Shown here: positions 22,063 through 29,913 of the stretch, one piece after another | Layout of the letters: every line of letters starts with the position of its first letter | Position numbering within the stretch: the first letter of the stretch is position 1 | Source of the DNA: an uncultured Candidatus Saccharibacteria bacterium | GTDB taxonomy: Bacteria; Patescibacteriota; Andersenbacteria; CAZYLA01 | Assembly (NCBI GenBank): GCA_964648435.1 | Contig: CAZYLA010000001.1 | Location: 1 to 39,995 of the forward strand | Reading direction: 5' to 3' | Length of the DNA: 39,995 nucleotides | Program-made: the position numbers and the translations under genes | Notes under the pieces: model-generated | Database searches by the model: none | Told to the model about the DNA's origin: nothing | What the model saw: the letters and a program-made list of their open reading frames with translations, nothing else

Positions 22063-23781
22063 ATGTCTCGAGATTTTATTTTTAGTATGCTTTTGGGAAT
22101 ATTTGTGGGGCTCCTTTTGGGTGTGCTCGGATTTGCTCTTTTTCAAAATTTATACAAAAGCGAGATATCGGAGGGTTTAGAAGCAGAACTTGCAGAAGTG
22201 GCTCAGGAGGCAGAAAAAATTGCTTTTAAGGAAAAAACCCAAGAAGAACCTCAAGAAAATACTAATGAAGGATCTCCTGCGGTTTTATACGCTGAAGTTG
22301 AAGAGCGCCAAGGGAAAGAATATTGGCAAAGAATTTTCCTAAAAAAATCGCCCGAGGAAGAAGTTAGGGAAATTGATTTACCTGACAATGCTTTTCATTT
22401 TGAAATGCCAATTCTGTCGCATAATGAGATATTTTTTTATGCCGCCGATGGTAATACTGAGAGTCCGGAAAATGACCAGCTTTTTCTTTTTCGAATGGGG
22501 CTTGATGGCAGAGAGGCAGAAGAAGTTTTGCCGTATACGCCCGGCGTTTCGCCATCAGGTTTTTTGCCCTCACCTGACCGCAAAAAAATTGCTTACTTTC
22601 TAGACTCGCGAGTTAATGAAGGCAGTGAAATATGGGTTTACGACACTGAAAATGGAATAAATTTTGTAGCAGTTGAACTCCTTGACAAGCAAGTTAATAA
22701 AAATATTGTCTCCTGGAGCGCAGATTCGAGCCGCCTTTACTTTTTAAAGAAAATGAAACCCTATTTGTACATTCTTCACTGGGTTGATATTAAGGCAGCT
22801 CCCAAAATTCAAACTCAAGAATTTCAAAATATTTATTGGGAGAGCATAAATTGGCAAAATCTTCTTAAAGGTGAACTCTCATTTTTTACTCTTTCGCCCG
22901 ATAAAAAATATATTGCCTATCTTCCGCCTCTTAAAAATCAAATTAATTTCATTAGAACAAGTGATGGCGTTATTACCAGCTTTACGCCCACATCTTCTAT
23001 TAAGGAGATTCTTTGGCATCCGAATTCAGCTGAGCTAATTTATACTCAAAAAGAAAATCCTGGAATTTTTAAAATGAATTTAGCTCTTCGACGCGAAGAG
23101 AAGTTTATTGATCCTGGACCACTCACTGGCACTCGGGCGCAGGGCAGCGTTTCCGTACCTCTTACCCACACTCAGGTGCAGGACAGCGCTAAAGATGTTG
23201 AAATAAAAAATATTCAAATCACGCCAGACGGCAGTTTTTTAGGGTATATTAAAGAGAAAGAAGATTTTTCCGAAATTATCTTGAATGATCTAGAAAGTGG
23301 CGAGAGATATACAATTGCCCGCGAAGAAGAAGCTTCGGAAAAATTGCGTCTTCTTTCTCTTTCCTATTTGTCAAGGGAAAGACCTTTTCAAAAAGAGATT
23401 GTCTCTGAACTTCAAGTAAGGCGTGTTGAAGAAGGCACTTTGGAAGAGGATGAGATAAGACAAGTTATTGGTTATATCACTGCTAATATTAATGCGATTG
23501 CTCCAGAAAAAAGAGAGAGTGGTTGGGAAGTCAAAAGATTCTGGTTTATTGATTCTCGGAATCTTTATGTTGATTTTGAGAGTGGGTCTGATTTAAGGCG
23601 CGTTTTTCTTTCTTTTGACATCTTGACAGAAGAAGAAGCAGGATATAGAATAAAGGCCTATTTTGAAGCTGTGGGTGATAAGTGGGTTTTAAGAAAGGGT
23701 CAGGTGCTTCAAGAAGAGCAAAGTTTGATACTCTATACTTTTAATAAAAACACAAATAGTTGGGAACGAAACAATAATTAA
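22063..23781 (+). CDS. Membrane-anchored hypothetical protein, probably beta-propeller (TolB/PD40-like)
   Basis: N-terminal TM helix. Recurrent motifs of the type SPD-K-IAY / -PDG-FLGY, as in PD40/WD40-like propellers. Confidence 0.5.
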   Translation: MSRDFIFSMLLGIFVGLLLGVLGFALFQNLYKSEISEGLEAELAEVAQEAEKIAFKEKTQEEPQENTNEGSPAVLYAEVEERQGKEYWQRIFLKKSPEEEVREIDLPDNAFHFEMPILSHNEIFFYAADGNTESPENDQLFLFRMGLDGREAEEVLPYTPGVSPSGFLPSPDRKKIAYFLDSRVNEGSEIWVYDTENGINFVAVELLDKQVNKNIVSWSADSSRLYFLKKMKPYLYILHWVDIKAAPKIQTQEFQNIYWESINWQNLLKGELSFFTLSPDKKYIAYLPPLKNQINFIRTSDGVITSFTPTSSIKEILWHPNSAELIYTQKENPGIFKMNLALRREEKFIDPGPLTGTRAQGSVSVPLTHTQVQDSAKDVEIKNIQITPDGSFLGYIKEKEDFSEIILNDLESGERYTIAREEEASEKLRLLSLSYLSRERPFQKEIVSELQVRRVEEGTLEEDEIRQVIGYITANINAIAPEKRESGWEVKRFWFIDSRNLYVDFESGSDLRRVFLSFDILTEEEAGYRIKAYFEAVGDKWVLRKGQVLQEEQSLILYTFNKNTNSWERNNN

Positions 23782-23793
23782 CTATTAATTGTC

Positions 23794-23949
23794 GTGAGTC
23801 AAGAAAATTTGGTAAAATTAAGGTGTAGCGAGTGTGGGGAGATTAATTATTATACCACGCGGAATAAAAAACTTATCAAAGAAAAGTTGGAGCTAAAAAA
23901 ATTCTGCCCTCGCTGCCGCAAGCACACGCTTCACAAAGAAGCAAAATAG
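23794..23949 (+). CDS. rpmG: Ribosomal protein L33 (GTG start, 51 aa; not in the ORF track)
   Basis: Hand translation: [51 protein letters not shown]. This is the classical L33 CxxC...CxxC pattern with a KHTLHKE ending. Confidence 0.85.
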   Translation: MSQENLVKLRCSECGEINYYTTRNKKLIKEKLELKKFCPRCRKHTLHKEAK

Positions 23950-23975
23950 CGGTTTTACTGTCTTAAAGATAAAGC

Positions 23976-24022
23976 CGCGCCCAGTTAGAAATTTTTCAAT
24001 GAAAAATTTCTAACTGGGCGCG
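23976..24022 (+). other. 22-bp perfect leader hairpin overlapping tRNA-Trp positions 1-7
   Basis: CGCGCCCAGTTAGAAATTTTTC-AAT-GAAAAATTTCTAACTGGGCGCG. The right arm ends with GGGCGCG, which is the tRNA-Trp 5' acceptor strand. Confidence 0.85.
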
Positions 24023-24089
24023 TAGTTAAATGGTATAATAACGGTCTCCAAAACCGTTGTTGGGGGTTCGATTCCCTCCGCGCCTGCCA
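24016..24089 (+). tRNA. tRNA-Trp (CCA), CCA end encoded
   Basis: GGGCGCG TA GTTA AATGGTAT AATA ACGGT CTCCAAA ACCGT TGTTG GGGGT TCGATT CCCTC CGCGCCT G CCA (G1-U72 wobble). Confidence 0.88.
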
Positions 24090-24117
24090 ATGAATTATAA
24101 TACCCTGGATTTGCCTG

Positions 24118-24154
24118 CCCCGCACTTTTGAGCGGTAGTGAAAATAGTGCGGGG
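24118..24154. repeat. GC-ended small palindrome of the CCCGCAC...GTGCGGG family
   Basis: CCCCGCAC-N21-GTGCGGGG, 29 nt after tRNA-Trp. Confidence 0.7.
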
Positions 24155-24169
24155 AATCCTAGCGCCCCT

Positions 24170-24217
24170 GCCAAGAAGAGCCCAGTTTTTGCACGCAAAA
24201 ACTGGGCTCTTCTTGGC
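24170..24217. terminator. 21-bp perfect hairpin downstream of tRNA-Trp
   Basis: GCCAAGAAGAGCCCAGTTTTT-GCACGC-AAAAACTGGGCTCTTCTTGGC. It is preceded by GCGCCCCTGCCA, which resembles the tRNA-Trp 3' end GCGCCTGCCA. Confidence 0.6.
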
Positions 24218-24424
24218 CAGTCATAGCTTTAGATGAAGGTGGGTCAAAAAGCAGAGATTTTGTAAATCTTCGCTTTTTTGCTTGGCAAAAATGAATTCGT
24301 TAGTATTTTTGCGGAACTTGCTATTTTAGTAAGTTCTTTTTTTGAGAATAATCTTTTGATATAATAAGATGTAGAAAACAACAGCGTTGTTTACAGTTCT
24401 TCAGGGTAAAAATAATAGAGACAA

Positions 24425-24952
24425 ATGCGTAAAAAATGTTCTATAGATGAGATGAGTTTTAAAAAGTGCTTTTGGATTGTTGGGGTTGTGACAGTTGTCT
24501 TTTTTATTCTGATTTTTTGGCAGCTCCAAAAAGCGCCGTTTGAAAAAGAAAGTATAAGCGGTTTTTTGTCCGAGGGGCGAAAATTTTATATTACTGACGT
24601 GGTTGACGGTGATACTGTAATGATTAAGGGCGATGTTTTGGTAAGATTAATAGGTATTGATACTCCGGAAAAAGGAGAGGCCTGCTATAGCGAAGCAAAA
24701 GAAAGATTAGAAGAACTTATTTTAAATCAGTATGTTTTTCTTGTGAAGGATAAGACTAATGCTGATTCTCACGGCCGGTTGCTTCGCTATGTCTTCTTAG
24801 GGAATAAAAATATTAATTTAAAAATGGTCGAGGAAGGATATGCTCAGCCAATGCCCATTCAGCCGGATTTAAAATATGCTCGGGAAATAAAAGAAGCTGC
24901 GGATAGAGCAAAAGCAGAAAAAAAGGGTTGTTTGTATAAAGAAGAGGATTAA
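24425..24952 (+). CDS. Membrane-anchored SNase/thermonuclease homologue (second paralogue)
   Basis: TM helix, then VVDGDTVMIKGDVLVRLIGIDTPE ... GRLLRYVF ... MVEEGYA. Confidence 0.8.
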   Translation: MRKKCSIDEMSFKKCFWIVGVVTVVFFILIFWQLQKAPFEKESISGFLSEGRKFYITDVVDGDTVMIKGDVLVRLIGIDTPEKGEACYSEAKERLEELILNQYVFLVKDKTNADSHGRLLRYVFLGNKNINLKMVEEGYAQPMPIQPDLKYAREIKEAADRAKAEKKGCLYKEED

Positions 24953-25093
24953 TTTTTTTGAGATTTTTTGGGTGCGGGCGGCACCGACTTAAAGTCGGCG
25001 CCGCCCACGCTTTTTTAGGATTTGACGCTTCTTTTCTTTTTTGCTACGCTAGTTTTGTAAGAACTTTTCGTTTTAAGAAGGAGGGAAACGCTC

Positions 25094-26017
25094 ATGAATA
25101 TCGACATTTTCAGAGCATTGTCAGATAAAATTGATTTCCGTGAGGTAATTGCTATTATTCGTTACGGCAACTGCCGAGAAGAGGCCTTTGATATTAATCT
25201 TTTGATTATTCTTAAAAACACAGCCGTGCCAAGGCCGCGTAGTCTAGAAAGCCCCCTTGATGTTAGAGAAGCCACTGAGAGTCATTTCTTAGAGAGATTG
25301 TTTCTTCTTGATCCTATTTTTACAGAAGCTGTCCTTGGAGGTTCCTTAATTTTTGGTGATCCTTACTATTTAGACAGCCCCTCTTTTGATGAAGCGACGC
25401 TCGCCCAGATAGCTTCTAAAGCGAAAACTCGCGAAATTCAAATTACCCTTGCTCTTCTTCAGGGGCTTGAGGAAAGCATCCGGCTCTATGGAGGGGGATC
25501 TTTAGTTAGTGCCCTTGTAGAAAAAGAGGAGGAGGAAAAAAATAGGAAACGAATAGACGAGATAGGAGGACCCCTTAACTATTGTCTAATTCAGGTCAAA
25601 AAAGCGATAGATGATTTTAAGAGAACTGAGAGAAAAGATGGTGCAAGGACAAAACTACTTCGGACTGATCCTTCAGAGGAAACGATAGGACTTTGCCGCA
25701 AAATGAGTGAAGAGATGCTTAAAAACGCACACGATAAAATCGAAGATTATGGCGCGTCACACGATAAATCAGTTCTTCTTCAAGCTCTTGTAGATTTGTC
25801 CTATTCTATTAGTTGTTACTATTTTGCCAGGTACTATAGAGAAGAGAAAGGACGCAAGATAGTCACCCTTTCGGAGCTTATTGAGAAAAACCCTGAAACA
25901 ATGCTTGGGCCAATAATTTCCGCGGTTAGAAGATATAAGAGAGCGCGGGGAGAGCTTGAAGAATCCTTTGTAAGGAGAAAACTTGAGGATTGGCAAAAAG
26001 TCATTAAGGCAACTTAA
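25094..26017 (+). CDS. Hypothetical protein with a minimal nucleotidyltransferase-like N-terminus and a helical C-terminal domain
   Basis: RYGNCREEAFDINLLIIL resembles the G-[SN]-x(6-10)-D-x-[DE] Pol-beta-type NTase motif, but with N in place of the second acidic residue. GGAGG SD upstream. Confidence 0.4.
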   Translation: MNIDIFRALSDKIDFREVIAIIRYGNCREEAFDINLLIILKNTAVPRPRSLESPLDVREATESHFLERLFLLDPIFTEAVLGGSLIFGDPYYLDSPSFDEATLAQIASKAKTREIQITLALLQGLEESIRLYGGGSLVSALVEKEEEEKNRKRIDEIGGPLNYCLIQVKKAIDDFKRTERKDGARTKLLRTDPSEETIGLCRKMSEEMLKNAHDKIEDYGASHDKSVLLQALVDLSYSISCYYFARYYREEKGRKIVTLSELIEKNPETMLGPIISAVRRYKRARGELEESFVRRKLEDWQKVIKAT

Positions 26018-26123
26018 AATTAAAGTTGCCTTTTTCTTCCCCTGCCCTTGCCTGTGGAATTTTAAAATTCCTCAGGCAGGGGCAGGGGATTTCTTTTTGC
26101 TCCTTTTTTATGGTAAAATAAGA

Positions 26124-27293
26124 ATGATGCTTCGATTTCCAAAAAATTTCTTGTGGGGGACAGCAATGGCTGCTCACCAGGTTGAGGGAAATAATACTCA
26201 CAATGACTGGTGGTATTTAGAGCAGAAAGGATTAACGGAAAAATCAGGTGAGGCGTGCGACTATTATCACCGCTTTAAAGAGGACCACTGCCTTATTGAA
26301 GATTTAAATAATAATGCTTTTCGCTTTTCAATTGAATGGTCGCGGATTGAGCCAGAGGAGGGGAGTTGGAACGAAAAAGAAATAGAACACTATCGCGCTT
26401 TAATTCAGGATTTAAAAAAACGCAATTTGGAAGTTTTTATTGGGTTGCATCATTTTACAACCCCTCTTTGGCTTTATAAAAAAGGGGGGATGGCCGTGCA
26501 AAAAGCGCCATTTTATTTTGCTAGATTTGCTGAGAAAGTCGCCAAAGAGTACGGCGGGTTGGTTGATTTTTGGATAACAATTAATGAGCCCTTAATTTAT
26601 GCTCATATTTTAGGCAAGGAACCCTTTCATCAGAACCTATTAAAGAGATTGCTTGTTATTTTTCGCCTTATAAAAGCCCATAAGCTTGCTTATATAAAAA
26701 TTAAAGAAACTTTAGGCATAAAAACAAAGGTCGGTCTTGTAAAGAACAATATTTATTTTGAACCTACAAGAAAGTTTTTTTTAGACAAGGCTCTTGTAAG
26801 AGTAGTTGACTATTTTTTTAATAAGTGGTTCTTAAACCAAATTAAAAATTATTTAGATTTTATTGGCTTAAATTATTACTTTCACAATTTAGTTAGTTTT
26901 CCCTTTAGAAAAACTTACAAAATTGAGCGGGATACTTATCAAGCAACCAGTGATATGGGATGGGAAATATATCCAGAGGGAATTTATCATGTTTTAAAAG
27001 GGCTTAAGAGATATAAAAAACCAATTTATGTGACAGAAAACGGTTTGGCAGATGCTTTTGATAAAAAACGGATTAAATTTATTAAAGATCACTTGCGGTT
27101 TGTTCATCAAGCTATTCAAGAAGGTGTTGATGTCCGCGGCTATTTTCACTGGTCTTTAATGGACAATTTTGAATGGCGAAACGGCTTTGGTCCCCGTTTT
27201 GGTTTATACGAAGTTGATTATGCCACTCAAGAGCGAAAACCGAGGCCCTCTTCCTATGTTTATGCCAAGATCTGCCATGACAATGGCGTTTAA
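26124..27293 (+). CDS. GH1 beta-glucosidase
   Basis: FPKNFLWGTAMAAHQVEG, ITINEP (acid/base), YVTENG (nucleophile). Start taken at ATG 26124; the track extension covers the upstream terminator hairpin. Confidence 0.88.
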   Translation: MMLRFPKNFLWGTAMAAHQVEGNNTHNDWWYLEQKGLTEKSGEACDYYHRFKEDHCLIEDLNNNAFRFSIEWSRIEPEEGSWNEKEIEHYRALIQDLKKRNLEVFIGLHHFTTPLWLYKKGGMAVQKAPFYFARFAEKVAKEYGGLVDFWITINEPLIYAHILGKEPFHQNLLKRLLVIFRLIKAHKLAYIKIKETLGIKTKVGLVKNNIYFEPTRKFFLDKALVRVVDYFFNKWFLNQIKNYLDFIGLNYYFHNLVSFPFRKTYKIERDTYQATSDMGWEIYPEGIYHVLKGLKRYKKPIYVTENGLADAFDKKRIKFIKDHLRFVHQAIQEGVDVRGYFHWSLMDNFEWRNGFGPRFGLYEVDYATQERKPRPSSYVYAKICHDNGV

Positions 27294-27377
27294 TAGCAAA
27301 TCGCTCTTTTTTGAGCCAACAGGCCGGAGCTCCTTAAAAATCTTGTCGAAAACACCTTATTTAATGTTAGCCAAAAT

Positions 27378-27405
27378 AAATGGCTCACAAGCTTGTGAGC
27401 CATTT
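27378..27405. terminator. Perfect 28-nt palindrome after the GH1 gene
   Basis: AAATGGCTCACAAGCTTGTGAGCCATTT. Confidence 0.55.
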
Positions 27406-27677
27406 AAAAGAAAAACTGCCAGGGACATTTTTTGGAAAAGGCCTAGCGGTTAAAAATGACTTATTCTTTTTTATTTTTCTAAACCATTATCTTTTAATAA
27501 GATACTATATTCTTAATTCTTAAAATCTTGCCAAGAGTCTGCATAGTTAGCATTAGGTGGTAACACTTTGGTAGACTAAGGGTAACAAATGTTAACTGTT
27601 AAGAGTTTTTCGAGTTTTAAGGATGGCAGCTTTTGGCGCTGGGTTTTGGAACATTTGAATTTTAATATTTGAATTTG

Positions 27678-27708
27678 TTTCGGATTTCGTGCTTCGAATT
27701 TAGGATTT
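27678..27708 (+). repeat. 31-nt start-proximal repeat, copy 1
   Basis: TTTCGGATTTCGTGCTTCGAATTTAGGATTT ends 7 nt before ATG 27716. It matches 34456-34486 at 29 of 31 positions. Confidence 0.85.
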
Positions 27709-27715
27709 TATAAAT

Positions 27716-28624
27716 ATGTGGCTTTTAATCGTCATCATCGCTCATTTTTTTAACTCACTTGTTTTTGTAATTGACAAGGTTATTTTATCAAAAGCGGTTT
27801 TGAAGCCGATTTCTTACGCTTTTTTTATTGGCTCTTTAAGTATTTTAGCTCTTTTCTTAATTCCTTTTGGGGCGGTCCTGCCAGACATAAAAATAATTTT
27901 AGTTGGCCTTGCGACTGGAGCTTCGCTTATGACGGCAATTTTTTTGTTTTTAAGGGCGCTGTCCCGAAATGAGGCCTCGCGGATTGTGCCAGTTGTTGGC
28001 GGTCTGGTTCCAATTTTTACTTTTACTTTTAGTTATTTGTTTTTGGGAGAGCGGCTTACAGGTCTGCAAGTTCTTGCTATTTTCTTTTTGGTGATTGGCG
28101 GGGTGCTGATTTCTATTATGAAAAGAAGAGAAAAGTATATTGCTAAAGGTTTTTTGGATGGTCTTATTGCGGCTTTATTTTTTTCTACTGGTTACACCTT
28201 AACAAAATACATCTTTTTAAATGTTGCTTTTTTAAGTGGTTTTATCACTATTAGGGTAGGGAGTTTTTTGTTTGTTCTTTTATTTCTTTTGGTTCCCACG
28301 GTGAGGAAAACAATTTTTAAAAGCGCTCGGGAGATTCTACGCTTTCGCGGGAAAAGGCCGGAAGTGACCCTGCCGCTTTTTATTTTGAGTAAATCTTTTG
28401 CGGCGATCGCTGCCGTGGGAATCGATTTTTCAATTTATTTAGCCAGTGCCACGCTCGTAAATTCTCTCCAAGGAGTTCAATATGTTTTCCTTCTTTTCTT
28501 AGCGGCTCTTTTTTCAAAAAGATATCGATTTTTCCCCGCGGAGGGCTTTCGGGGAATAATGCTCGTTCAAAAAATTATCGCCATAGTTCTAATTAGCGGC
28601 GGATTAGTATTGTTGAGCATTTAA
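27716..28624 (+). CDS. EamA/DMT-family transporter
   Basis: About 10 TM helices in a two-fold repeat. EamA-like stretch VPVVGGLVPIFTFTFSYLFLGERLTGLQVLAIFFLVIGGVLIS. Confidence 0.75.
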   Translation: MWLLIVIIAHFFNSLVFVIDKVILSKAVLKPISYAFFIGSLSILALFLIPFGAVLPDIKIILVGLATGASLMTAIFLFLRALSRNEASRIVPVVGGLVPIFTFTFSYLFLGERLTGLQVLAIFFLVIGGVLISIMKRREKYIAKGFLDGLIAALFFSTGYTLTKYIFLNVAFLSGFITIRVGSFLFVLLFLLVPTVRKTIFKSAREILRFRGKRPEVTLPLFILSKSFAAIAAVGIDFSIYLASATLVNSLQGVQYVFLLFLAALFSKRYRFFPAEGFRGIMLVQKIIAIVLISGGLVLLSI

Positions 28625-28717
28625 ATTTAATGCAAAATGCAAAATGCAAAGATCAAAATGTAATTCAAAATGCAAAAAGAATTACATCTTTAATTTTTAT
28701 TTCTTTTTGAATTTTGA

Positions 28718-28837
28718 CCCCGAACCAATCCTTCACTTCGTTCAGAATGGTACGGGGCGAGCGGTAGATGAAAGTGCTTTCTTAATTTAGCATACTCGCC
28801 CCGTAGTTAACGAACGAAGTGAGTTATACTACTGGGG
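28718..28837. repeat. 120-nt three-tier imperfect hairpin between the EamA and GH genes
   Basis: CCCC/GGGG (28718-21 / 28834-37), TCACTTCGTTC/GAACGAAGTGA (28733-43 / 28812-22), TACGGGGCGAG/CTCGCCCCGTA (28751-61 / 28795-805). Flanked by (AAAATGC)n arms and the complementary T-rich arms. Confidence 0.8.
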
Positions 28838-28879
28838 TTTGTCATTTTGCATTTTGATTTTTGATTTTTGAATTTCTAT

Positions 28880-29887
28880 ATGGTTGGTAAAAAAATCCTA
28901 AAAACATTATTTATAATTGTTATTCTAGTTGTTATTGTTATTGGCGGCTTTTCTCTTTATTATGGCTTAAAGCCCGCGCCACTCCCAGAAGAAATGGAGT
29001 GGGGGGTTACTTTTGCGCCAAAATACTGCCGCGAGCTTGGTCTTCAAAATTGGCAGGAAGTTTATTTGGCAGCGCTTGACGAGCTTGGATTTCGAAAGTT
29101 CCGTCTCATTGCCTATTGGGACGAAATTGAAAAAGAAGAGGGTAAATTAGATTTTTCCGAACTTGATTTTCAAATTAAGGAAGCAGAGAAACGCAACGCC
29201 ACGATTATCTTAGCTGTTGGTCGTAAGCTTCCCCGCTGGCCAGAGTGCTTTGTGCCTGCTTGGATGGCGCACTATCCAGAGAAAGAAGTTCAAAGAAGAT
29301 TTTTAGGATTTTTGCCAAAAGTAATTGAGCGCTACAAAAACCATGAGAGCATTGCCTTTTGGCAAATCGAAAATGAATTTTTCTTTAAATATTTTGGGGA
29401 GTGCCCTTTGCCGAATGAGCGCTTTTTAGAACAAGAAATTGAGATTGTTCGCAGCATTGACCCTTCAAGAAAGATTATTTTAACAGATAGTGGCGAACTT
29501 TCTTCTTGGGTCCCAACAGCCAGGCGGGCGGATATTTTAGGAACGAGTTTGTATAAGACGGTTTGGAATAAATACACGGGCTATGTTCATTATAAAATCC
29601 CGGCAACTTTTTATCGTTTAAAGACCGTGTTTATTAAACTCTGGGTCGAAGATGTTTTTGTTTCTGAAATGCAGGCAGAGCCTTGGGGACCAAAGGTTAC
29701 TTACGAGATTTCCATTGAAGAGCAGAAAAAATCGATGAATCCCGAAGCGCTTCGCGAGATTGTTGATTTTACGCGGCGCTCTGGCTTTAAAAATGTCTAT
29801 ATGTGGGGCATTGAATGGTGGTACTGGCTGAAAGAACAGGGAGATGATTCGATGTGGGAAACCGTGAAAGAGATAACAAATCCCTAG
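28880..29887 (+). CDS. Membrane-anchored clan GH-A (TIM-barrel) glycoside hydrolase-like protein
   Basis: N-terminal TM helix. WQIENEF (NE acid/base-type motif) and a later SEMQAEPWG. Family assignment is uncertain. Start taken at ATG 28880. Confidence 0.5.
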   Translation: MVGKKILKTLFIIVILVVIVIGGFSLYYGLKPAPLPEEMEWGVTFAPKYCRELGLQNWQEVYLAALDELGFRKFRLIAYWDEIEKEEGKLDFSELDFQIKEAEKRNATIILAVGRKLPRWPECFVPAWMAHYPEKEVQRRFLGFLPKVIERYKNHESIAFWQIENEFFFKYFGECPLPNERFLEQEIEIVRSIDPSRKIILTDSGELSSWVPTARRADILGTSLYKTVWNKYTGYVHYKIPATFYRLKTVFIKLWVEDVFVSEMQAEPWGPKVTYEISIEEQKKSMNPEALREIVDFTRRSGFKNVYMWGIEWWYWLKEQGDDSMWETVKEITNP

Positions 29888-29913
29888 GTGAAAATTAATA
29901 CGAGGTTAAAAAT

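Noticed and set aside
24010-24198. 62-aa minus-strand ORF
   Set aside because: It overlaps tRNA-Trp and the downstream hairpins.
25983-26123. N-terminal extensions proposed by the ORF track: GH1 from TTG 25983, and similarly prmC to 15096, prfA to 16336, the PSP1 gene from 19075, rplJ from 35708, and the small cassette gene from 1584
   Set aside because: Each extension runs through terminator hairpins or repeats and begins at a non-ATG or poorly placed codon. Conserved N-termini begin at the internal ATGs used in the feature table.
27169-27453. 94-aa ORF overlapping the end of the GH1 gene and its terminator
   Set aside because: It is out of frame with the GH1 C-terminus, runs through the 28-nt palindrome, and has no SD.
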